A stretch of 64,000 bases of DNA. Origin: a virus (taxonomy: Duplodnaviria; Caudoviricetes). The stretch lies in the IMG/VR virus record IMGVR_UViG_2595698521_000001, positions 29,840 to 93,839 of that record. One strand, 5' to 3'. Under the pieces are notes generated by a model. It did not search any database and was not told where the DNA came from. It saw nothing but the letters and a program-made list of their open reading frames with translations. Shown here in pieces: positions 20,418-29,300 of the stretch. The translations under genes and the position numbers were made by a program. The first letter of the stretch is position 1. Each line of letters starts with the position of its first letter.

Positions 20418-21062
20418 TTAGAATGTGAATCGTAATGTACGAGTGATTTCCATTCCACTAGTTTTGAAGATTACACCGTGAGTTTTACGGTTAATCATAT
20501 GTCCACTTCCTAAAACATCGACTTTACAGTCAGCTCCACCACCGAAGATTCCGAACTCACGTAAATATCCGTTTGCTTCAGTAGATAGGAAAGTTACTTT
20601 AATTTGAATGCGGTTTGTAACAGTAGAAACAACTGCGTTAGCGCCATCAATGAAAGAGATATCCGATAGTTGGATAGCTTTTCGGAAGAATGGAGTAGCT
20701 AATGCCTTGTCAGTTACGTTTGGTGCAGGTGGGTTTGCATCGTCCCATGTACTTTGTCCGCTTCCTACTTCCCATTGCAAAGCTCCTTGATAACCTGTGT
20801 GACGTTTAATTAGTGCCGCAATTAATTTACTCGCTTCATTTACTACTGTGTTGTAACCTACTGGAAGCTCTAATACATCTCCCGCTTTTGCGTTCACTGT
20901 AATATCTTCCGTAACTTTGTAGATTCCGTCTTTTACGAATTTAATAGTGTCAGTGATTTGTCCGATAAATTTCGGTTTCATAGAATCCTCATCCACTAAA
21001 TGCAATCCGCTTACCTCGTTATCTACTGCTTTCTTTTCCATTTCATCATAATATACTGCCAT
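20418..21062 (-). CDS. Baseplate/tail-fibre attachment protein
   Basis: NTVVN...EANGYLREFGIFGG pattern; lies between wedge and fibre. Confidence 0.65.
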   Translation of the reverse strand: MAVYYDEMEKKAVDNEVSGLHLVDEDSMKPKFIGQITDTIKFVKDGIYKVTEDITVNAKAGDVLELPVGYNTVVNEASKLIAALIKRHTGYQGALQWEVGSGQSTWDDANPPAPNVTDKALATPFFRKAIQLSDISFIDGANAVVSTVTNRIQIKVTFLSTEANGYLREFGIFGGGADCKVDVLGSGHMINRKTHGVIFKTSGMEITRTLRFTF

Positions 21063-21075
21063 TGTTTATTCCTCC

Positions 21076-22200
21076 TTATAATTGGGTAATTTTTGTTGGT
21101 ATACTTAATCTTAATGTGTTTAGGCGTTTTGTTTCTGAATTCAATGAGTGAGTCCAGTCTAACATTACACCTTCTGAATCTTCTGCGATTTTCTGCGTAT
21201 AAACATCCTCGTCAGTCATTGCAACTATTTCTTCTACTGTATCGGAATTTCTATCCATATTATATGTCTCTTCTACCACGTCACGCAAGACTTCAATAAC
21301 TTCTTCTACAGCAGATTTTACATCAAAGTCCTCATCACCATCATCCAAAGCTACTTGTTCGCTATGTGAATCCCCGAAATTAGGTAATGAATAGTTATCT
21401 TCCATGCCATCATCAACGAATAGTTGGTCAAGGTATTCGATTACCGTATCTTTCGTATAATCCTTTAGCTCCGTGTCAATTATAGTCATGATTTCCTTAT
21501 CAACTTCTTCTTTAATAGCTTGGAAAGCGTAAGTTTCATTATCATACGTTTTGACTTCTTCATAGTGGTAAGAATCATCGAACCTACTTCTATCTTCATT
21601 GTACTTATCTTCGTAGTACAAGATGATACTTGGAAATAGCTCATGGTTTACTGGTCGGAACTTCTCCGCTTGTTTACTAAATAACTCTAGTTTCTGCGCA
21701 ATTTTGTCCTCCCCAGTACCTTCATTAACATCAATCGTAATTACAATACGGTTTCGGTCTTTTACAGTACCGTCCGGATTATATGTACGGTTTTTCCACA
21801 CTACATTAGTAGTTGCTTCTTTACTGTAAATTTGACGTGCTAAGTAATCAAATACAGCCGAAGTTCCTTTTAATTTATACAAAGTCGGTACTAATTTTAA
21901 TAATCCCCTTTGTTCAATTTCAGTCATTTCATAAGGAATATCAAAACCGATTTGTCTAAATAAGTGCGGTAAGAATTCCGGTGGACATTTATCTATGTCA
22001 TATAGGTTAAAATGTCCATCAATCTTTTCCCGCATAAAGTCCAATCCCGTACCAACTACTTGCATGAATCGTTTCAGTGGTAACGGGTCGGGCTTAATCT
22101 TGGAATCTTCTTCTTTATAGATGTTAGGGAGAAGGTTATACAACTCTTCCCCCATTGATTTCTTATTTTTTCTATTGGACACCTTGAATTCCTCCTTCAA
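21076..22200 (-). CDS. Baseplate wedge protein (P2 gpI-like) with acidic C-terminus
   Basis: LYNLLPNIYK..D, DKCPPEFLPHL and LYKLKGT. Confidence 0.82.
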   Translation of the reverse strand: MKEEFKVSNRKNKKSMGEELYNLLPNIYKEEDSKIKPDPLPLKRFMQVVGTGLDFMREKIDGHFNLYDIDKCPPEFLPHLFRQIGFDIPYEMTEIEQRGLLKLVPTLYKLKGTSAVFDYLARQIYSKEATTNVVWKNRTYNPDGTVKDRNRIVITIDVNEGTGEDKIAQKLELFSKQAEKFRPVNHELFPSIILYYEDKYNEDRSRFDDSYHYEEVKTYDNETYAFQAIKEEVDKEIMTIIDTELKDYTKDTVIEYLDQLFVDDGMEDNYSLPNFGDSHSEQVALDDGDEDFDVKSAVEEVIEVLRDVVEETYNMDRNSDTVEEIVAMTDEDVYTQKIAEDSEGVMLDWTHSLNSETKRLNTLRLSIPTKITQL

Positions 22201-23602
22201 CGGTGATATTCACATTTCTTAGCTTCGGAAGCTCATTGAATGCAGAAGCAATATCACCTGTCGGAGAACTGATCACCACGTTACGAATACCAGGTACAAA
22301 GAATGTGCGCTGAATAACTTTTGATAGGTAGATAGTTTCTCCTAATTCAAAGTTTCTTGGATGTAGGTACGTAAGCAACTCCGCTTGCAACTCTTCTTTC
22401 ACATCTGAAGCAACAAAACCATCATGTAAGAAAATCTTTAAACTCATATCGAACTCTTTGTACATACAAGTGTATACGTTCAATTTTGAGTTAACTACAC
22501 GAACACGGTTTAATTCCTCTGCTACCTTGTCGATTAAAGCTTGCGGTGCAGGTGTGTACTCATCAGTAGCTATGTAAAGATTTACGTTATTGTCTTTATC
22601 AAACGTTTCTTTACAAATAGCTCTACTTACACCGGAAATTGTTTCCGCAATATCTGCATGGTCTTGAACGGTTACTGCTTTACCTAAAGTACGATTATAC
22701 TTAGGTGCAACTTCTCGTGCATGTTCTACTGTTTCCGAATCTTCTCCACCGACTGCTTCCTCTTCATTCGTTACTGATTGGATGCTACTAATTGAAGTAT
22801 CGTATAAGAAGTTAATTTTACCGGGTGCTAAATTCCCTTTGTTTCCTCCACCATGTCGGTATGAAGCAAAAATGTTTACATCCAATGGTGGTTTCATTCC
22901 CGCAACTCCCGAACCGAAAATGATAGTCGTGTAATTATCTTCATCAATTTCAGTCATAAAGTGGCGGTCTGTTTGTTGGGATTCTAGTAAATTATCTACT
23001 AGTTTCCAAGTGTAATCTTTCCCGTTTTCGTTCGTAACTACTAACAATGTATCTTCTAATACTTCCGCACTTTCTAGGCGGTATCGTTGGTCGGGTTGGT
23101 TAGTACCTTTTCCGACTAATTCACGTATTTCGGATTCTCCTTGCGTAGCTGTTACAGTTCCCTCCATTACTCCCTCCGGAAGTACCAAAGGTGCGTCAAT
23201 CTCGAAAATGATTGGCTCTCCTAAATCGGGATTTGTACTTACTTTTGCTCTTTGCGGTACTACTACATATTGGTCTTTTCGGAATGCTTCTTTCGTGAAT
23301 TTTAGCGTAACAACGGAAGCACTTTGTTTTTTAGGCTCATACCCTAAGAACTTACAGCCTAAAAGAATAGCTCTTTTCGTCGTTGCAGTATGAAGGAAGT
23401 TTTCGTTAACACCTTTATCTTGGTAGTATCCTAAAACATGTAGTCCGTAAGACAATGCTTGCAGAATTACGATACCTTGGTCAGATTCGGACATATCCGT
23501 CCATTCCGGAGTTAAAGAAGGAATCATTCCTTTCATCATCTGAAAGAATCCTTCATAATCCTTTGTAACGTAATCAATAGGTAATTGTTTTACTTCACTC
23601 AT
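22172..23602 (-). CDS. Baseplate J/gp47 wedge protein
   Basis: DY..KDYE, PEWTD..ESDQG, IIFGSGVAG..P, GGEDSE and AVT..D. Confidence 0.9.
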   Translation of the reverse strand: MSEVKQLPIDYVTKDYEGFFQMMKGMIPSLTPEWTDMSESDQGIVILQALSYGLHVLGYYQDKGVNENFLHTATTKRAILLGCKFLGYEPKKQSASVVTLKFTKEAFRKDQYVVVPQRAKVSTNPDLGEPIIFEIDAPLVLPEGVMEGTVTATQGESEIRELVGKGTNQPDQRYRLESAEVLEDTLLVVTNENGKDYTWKLVDNLLESQQTDRHFMTEIDEDNYTTIIFGSGVAGMKPPLDVNIFASYRHGGGNKGNLAPGKINFLYDTSISSIQSVTNEEEAVGGEDSETVEHAREVAPKYNRTLGKAVTVQDHADIAETISGVSRAICKETFDKDNNVNLYIATDEYTPAPQALIDKVAEELNRVRVVNSKLNVYTCMYKEFDMSLKIFLHDGFVASDVKEELQAELLTYLHPRNFELGETIYLSKVIQRTFFVPGIRNVVISSPTGDIASAFNELPKLRNVNITVEGGIQGVQ

Positions 23603-23614
23603 TTATCCCACCTC

Positions 23615-24013
23615 CTATTGTGGTAAAACTACTGGAATCTTAAATGTTTCTGTTCTTTGGAATTTAATGATTTTAGCTTCTACCTCAATATACATTGTAC
23701 TGTCTTCCGTTGGAGATGTGTATACTTTTACATTTAATACTTCGATTCTATCCTCGTATCTCATTAACGCTTGTTTTATTTTATGACCTAAGATAGCCAT
23801 ATCCGTAATATCTCCATTTACTTCAAACATATGATGCTTTAATTCTGTCCCGAATTCTCCGTTATAAATTCGTTCTCCTACCGTAGTAAAAACGATTTGT
23901 CTCATTGATTCCTCAATGCGGGAAAAATCATCATATGATAGTTTGGAAGTTGCTACACCTCCACTAGCTCCAAAACGGAAAGGGAATGATATCCCTTTGT
24001 ATTGTTCTGCCAT
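23615..24013 (-). CDS. gp25/GPW sheath initiator
   Basis: GISFPF, I..T..GERIYN.EFG and YEDRI. Confidence 0.9.
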   Translation of the reverse strand: MAEQYKGISFPFRFGASGGVATSKLSYDDFSRIEESMRQIVFTTVGERIYNGEFGTELKHHMFEVNGDITDMAILGHKIKQALMRYEDRIEVLNVKVYTSPTEDSTMYIEVEAKIIKFQRTETFKIPVVLPQ

Positions 24014-24026
24014 TCATATTCACTCC

Positions 24027-24266
24027 CTAATAGAATTGTCCCATCCAAACGGGTTTATCTAGCTCTCCCATCTCAAAGAAGATGTACACCCATTCTCCGG
24101 CTTTTGGTGGTGTCCCTGCAAATTGCGGAGGTAGGCAAGCTCTCGCCCATCCTAATTCATTTCCGTTGAATAGGTAGGGACTCTTTACTAATAATCTTTT
24201 CTTATTTTCGGGGTCTGCGTCATTAACTACTTGTGCTAAATAATTCCCGTAAACTTTCCCTGCCAT
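24027..24266 (-). CDS. gp5/gpV-like OB-fold-only spike base
   Basis: YG.Y.AQVVNDADPE...RL.V, WARAC and PKAGEWV.IFFE.G..DKPVW.G; the protein ends there. Confidence 0.8.
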   Translation of the reverse strand: MAGKVYGNYLAQVVNDADPENKKRLLVKSPYLFNGNELGWARACLPPQFAGTPPKAGEWVYIFFEMGELDKPVWMGQFY

Positions 24267-24276
24267 AGTATCCCTC

Positions 24277-24774
24277 CTACTTTAGTAAATGACCTGGTAT
24301 TTTATAAACTTCTCCTACAGATACATACCAATATTTCGTGTTTCCTTGTACTACGGGTTGTTTTCCGTTGTATGGATACCATTCTCGGTATGCAGTAGCA
24401 GATTTACAGAATCGTTCCGAAATGTTCCATGCAGTATCCCCACGAGTGACTGTATAAACTTTTTCCGCTTTATTAGTCGTATTACCCGTTGGTCTATCTA
24501 CATCAGATTTTTCTTGTGGAACTCCATTTGATACGGTTTTCTCTACCTCTAATGATGTAGTTAGTCCATCCGTCAAATTGAATTTATGCGTTACTTTCTT
24601 TACTCGGTAATTCCCATCGAATACAGCTCCCGTACCTATTACTCGATATACGTCATTTGGTCTATATCCTACGTTTGGGATTACTTCCATTGTTCCCTCT
24701 TGGACAAAGTTCTCTTTCTCCGCAAAATCCTTGTCTTTCTTAGAAGACGCTCGGAATACATAAGCTTGTGCCAT
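24277..24774 (-). CDS. Hub C-terminal barrel plus LysM protein
   Basis: FDGNYRVKKVTHKF...GLTTSLE resembles the gpD C-terminus, followed by the LysM motif YTVTRGDTAWNIS. Confidence 0.7.
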   Translation of the reverse strand: MAQAYVFRASSKKDKDFAEKENFVQEGTMEVIPNVGYRPNDVYRVIGTGAVFDGNYRVKKVTHKFNLTDGLTTSLEVEKTVSNGVPQEKSDVDRPTGNTTNKAEKVYTVTRGDTAWNISERFCKSATAYREWYPYNGKQPVVQGNTKYWYVSVGEVYKIPGHLLK

Positions 24775-25514
24775 TAGTAATCCCCTCCATCATCTCCACC
24801 ATCATCCCAGTCAGAGCCAGTGTCAGTATCGTCATCTTCAGCATCCATTACTTCTAGCTCACTAAATACCGGATTAAATGATTTGATTGCTTTATTTCCT
24901 ACTTTGTATCCTAATGTTTCAAGCGGGAAATCTTTTAGTGACTTCTTCCCGAAATAATACTTTCCGGAAGGTGTGCGGAAGAAGTTCCATCCCATTTCTT
25001 TTGCCTTACGTTGACAGAACTCAATTACGTTCTCATTATTTACTGGGATATGTGGTAAAACTGTATAAGTATTATCCACTTCAGAATCAGCACGTAACCA
25101 TCTGAACCAGTTATTAATCATGAACGTTAATGTTTGGTTTGTAGCGGTATAGCTCATTCTCCCACGTAACGGGTCAAAGTCTCCTGCAATACCGGATACA
25201 ATTAAAGTAGGAACTCCGGAGTCCGGATATTCTGCTTCAACACCACTAATCTTTCCATCGAAAACACGTCTAATATCTCCACGGTGTCCTAATGTAATAC
25301 TTAGTGAAGCGCCTTTTACGATGATATCCGCATCACTCCAAAAGTTATCAATGTCATTCACTTTAACTTTTGCAATTCCGGATTTTAAATCATCCGTTTC
25401 TTCTACTTCTATTTCTTCAATGTTCTGTTTCATCTTTGCGGTAATTTCTTTTCCCGCAATCCAAATATCCATTACCGGATTAATAATTACGTCTTGGTGT
25501 AATCGTTTAGACAT
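24774..25514 (-). CDS. Baseplate hub (gpD/gp27-like), N-terminal part
   Basis: IEVEE.DD, LGH......FDGKI.GVE..YP.SG.PTL and FCQRKAKEMGWNF. Confidence 0.75.
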   Translation of the reverse strand: MSKRLHQDVIINPVMDIWIAGKEITAKMKQNIEEIEVEETDDLKSGIAKVKVNDIDNFWSDADIIVKGASLSITLGHRGDIRRVFDGKISGVEAEYPDSGVPTLIVSGIAGDFDPLRGRMSYTATNQTLTFMINNWFRWLRADSEVDNTYTVLPHIPVNNENVIEFCQRKAKEMGWNFFRTPSGKYYFGKKSLKDFPLETLGYKVGNKAIKSFNPVFSELEVMDAEDDDTDTGSDWDDGGDDGGDY

Positions 25515-25803
25515 TGTACATCACCCTTTGTGGAAGAGGAACAACAATTTGATCACCGGGCTTTACATCGAATGGAGTATTGTAGTTTGGATTTGCGTCC
25601 AATAGTACCCATTCTAATTGCTCGTCCCCGTATAGACTTTTTGCAATTAAGTCTAATCTATCTCCTTGTTGAATCTCAATAATGAAATCCTCTTTTGCTT
25701 CCGAAAATTGTCTTTCTCGTAGCGGGTCTAAGAACATAATTTCCGGATTATTTACGTCTTGGAAAACGTAAGCACCTTCGAATCTGCTGTGTCGGAAAAT
25801 CAT
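25507..25803 (-). CDS. LysM/gpX-like baseplate protein
   Basis: GDRLDLIA..LYGD..L.W.L.DANP...PGD.I.VP. Confidence 0.85.
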   Translation of the reverse strand: MIFRHSRFEGAYVFQDVNNPEIMFLDPLRERQFSEAKEDFIIEIQQGDRLDLIAKSLYGDEQLEWVLLDANPNYNTPFDVKPGDQIVVPLPQRVMYNV

Positions 25804-25814
25804 TCTATCCCTCC

Positions 25815-26258
25815 TTAATAGTAAGTATCTTTAATCAGCGCAATTGTTACAGAAATAGTTGCTTCAGTTGGCTGTAATTCCGGTGAAAATGCTGTATACT
25901 TCGCTTCTACGTTAGTAATATAGCAATCTGAAACGAACCATCCATATGCAAATACTGCTTTTCTCGGATGCTGTACATCTGCTCTATTATTTTGAGAAGG
26001 TAAGTAGCTTTCTAAGTGCCATACCCATTTCTTCGTTATTCCGTCTTCGACTTTATCATTTACATAGATGTCAAAAGTTACGTTTCTTCGTTCTGCACCT
26101 GCGTACACAAAAAGCGGATAAGTCATATACGGTGTTTTAATCTCGTTAAAAGTAACCGCATGAGTATCTGTAAAAGTAGTAGGATTGTATAAGAATTTTA
26201 ATCCTCCTAAACTCGCTTTCGATGCAACGTGACGTGGTACTAATTGCATAGCATTCAC
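25815..26258 (-). CDS. Tail tube initiator (CIS tube N-terminal-like)
   Basis: FLYNP motif, ITNVEAKYTAF...L.P..A.ISV, and position after the tape measure. Confidence 0.7.
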   Translation of the reverse strand: MNAMQLVPRHVASKASLGGLKFLYNPTTFTDTHAVTFNEIKTPYMTYPLFVYAGAERRNVTFDIYVNDKVEDGITKKWVWHLESYLPSQNNRADVQHPRKAVFAYGWFVSDCYITNVEAKYTAFSPELQPTEATISVTIALIKDTYY

Positions 26259-26329
26259 TCCTTTCTTACCTAATTATAGTTTACTTCTCATATAAAAAGA
26301 AGGTGGAACATTACGCTCCACCTGTCTTC

Positions 26330-29300
26330 TTAGTATTGGTCAATCATTTGTGTGAATGTTAACTTGCTTTTCCCATTTCTTCTACGTTCTTCACGTAACA
26401 AGCGTTGTAATTCTTTCAAGATGTATTTCGCTTGGCGTTTTACATCTGCCATGCTTGTTCCTGCCATTGATTCCGGCAATTGTACAGTGAAGTTGCTAAT
26501 GTTAATGCTGTTATCTTCGTTTACAGGAGTAGATGAAGCTTGCTGTCTTCCTCCTGCTTGTTGTGGTCTTGTTTGGTTGAAGTTCACACCTAACTTCTGT
26601 CTTGCTACTTCTAATAATTCTGCACCGCGGGCTTTCTTCGTAGTCGGGATAATTACTTCTTCCCCGTCTTCTCCGACAACTCCCATATGAGGTTTGTCGA
26701 TGACTCCACCTTCAGCATACATTTTCAGTCCTGCCATTAATCCAAACATAGAATCAACTTGTGGGTCTGACATTTCAGTTGATTTACGGAAGATGTCTTT
26801 TTGCTTCTCGTTGTGCTGTCCTCCGTTTGGAACAAGTCCGAATCCTAGCATGCTTGCAGTATCATGTAATAGGTTAGAAGCATATCCACGCATATTACCG
26901 GAAAGTGGAATGATTGCTTCGGGACCTGCTTCCCCGATTACCCCGAATGTAGGAGCGTTGACGATTCCCCCACGTGCTTTCTTACTTCCTCCCCCTAATG
27001 CACTACTTAAAGCTCCTCCGACAATAGGGATATTAGATGCTAAATCAGCAAGTTTTCCTTTCGCCCAGTCTACTGCTTCCCCTACTTTGGTCGTGATTCC
27101 TTCCCAAAGTGCTTGACCAATATCCATTGCGATTTCTCCTGCTGTTTCAACTAATGTGAGTAAACATTCTCCGGCAAATTTAACAACTTCCTTGAATGTA
27201 TCCCATCCGTGTTCTTTTACCCAATCCCATGCTTGACCAAGTTTCTCCTTGATGGATTCATACAATTGGATAGCAGTTTCTTTACCGTGGTTCTTAATCC
27301 AGTTCCATGCAGTTTTTGCCGCATTAACGATTGCGTCCCAGTTAGTAAAGATTGTTACGATAATATCCCATGCCATTAACGCCCATCCAAGAATCGGAAT
27401 TGCTCGGAATCCTAACATGAATACTTTCGGAATTCCTTTAGTAACTACTCCACCGATTCCTCGAACCATTCCTCCCCCTGCTCTAGTTCCGGCACTTGCC
27501 GCACCTGTTACGACTCCCCCGAAAATACGAGTTGCAGAGATTCCGGCACGAGCGGTAGTTGTTACTGCACGTCCTAGTGAACGTCCTGCACGTCCTCCTA
27601 CACGTCCTGCTGTGTTTTCAATACCTGTGAATAAGGTATTCCATCTAGCATTAGCTCTTGCTTGACGTTGCATGTTTCTTCCTAAGTTACGTCCTGCTCT
27701 TGTTCCCGCTTGTCCTGCTTGTGTTTCTACTGGACGGAATAATGCTCCACCGGATATTCTGTTCATTCCGGATTTAAAAGCATTAGTGAATCGGTTTCCG
27801 GCACGTCTACCGGATTGTTGAGCTTGGTTTTCGTAGCTTCGGAATATCATACCTCCGGACATTCTATTCATTCCTGCTTTGAAAGCATTCGTAAATCTAT
27901 TTCCGGAGCGTTGTCCTGCTCCTTGTGCTTGTGCTTCAAATCCACGGAAAGCTTGACCTGCGGTGATTCTATTCATTCCTCGTTTAAAGGCATTCGTGAA
28001 TCTATTCCCCGCTTGTTGTCCTCCCGTTTGCGCTTGTCGAATTACACCTGCTGTATTTAGTCGTCCTGCAACGAATCGTACAGTTTGGGTAATTGGTCTA
28101 GTTACTGCTGAAGCTCCACGTCCTACCGCTTGTCCTGCACGTGAACCACGAACAGCATTTACTCCCATTCCTAATCCTTGTGCGGTATTTCGTCCTACTT
28201 GTCTTACTCCTGCGCCCACTTGACGGAATGGTGCAGAAATCATACTTCCGGCAGGTTGAACGATGTTACGACCTAATGCAGAAGTCGCTTGTCGTGTAGC
28301 TCGTCTTGCAGTAACAGTTGCTCTACGGAATGGTGAAGCATTGTTTTGTACACGAGTATCATTGCTACGTGGATTTAGAAGACCACCTTGACGTAATACA
28401 TTTCTTCTACGTCCGTTGTTGTCGTAAGTGTCATACGCTTGTCCGAATAATGCACGACTAATTCTACCTTGTCGTCTTTGGTACATTGCTTGTCCGCTTT
28501 GTGTACGTCCACCTGCACTTACTCCACGTTCTAAATCTCTTCTTCCTTGCTCTGTTCTTGCTCTTCCTCTGATTCTGTCCGCTTCTTCGTTGTTTACTCG
28601 TGTTCCAACTCCACGTCCCATCAATCTACCTAATAATCCTCCGCTTCTTTGTTGCGCTCTTGATAGGCTTCGTTGGTCACGTTGACGTTGACGCTCTACA
28701 CGTCCCATTGGAGGCATCATTGGTAATGGAACCATTGTTGGACGAGCCGGACCATGCATTGCTGAAGTTTGTGTTGGTGTTGCAGTTGGTGTATGTCCAC
28801 TTGCCATAGGTACACGGTTTCCGTTTCTATCATTCAATAGTACAGAATGCGCTCCTACAACTCCTGCTCCACCTGTTCCTCCTGCACCGGGTCTTCCGTT
28901 AGCTCCAATTACTCCTGCTCCCGTAGTTCCTAATGCTCCACGCATTGCACCTGCTCCACGGACAGCTTGTGTTGCTCCGGAAATTGCTCCCCCGATACTT
29001 CTAAACTTCCCTGCTACTTTATTCAATGGACTAAATAACGTTTTAAGAATCTTGAATCCTGCTAACATTGCTACAGCGTATCCAATTGCTTTCCCTACGT
29101 CATACCATCCATCTTTCATTCCCGTCATTTTTCCGATTGCTTCACCGAAGTTTTTAGCGTCCCCGCTTCCTCCGAATAACTTACTAAATCCGTTAAAGAT
29201 ACTTGTTAGTACTTTGTCGATATTCTGTAATTGGTTATACATCTTATCCCAAACTTCAACAACAAATTCTTTCCCGATTTTTAGTGCGTCACCGAATCCA

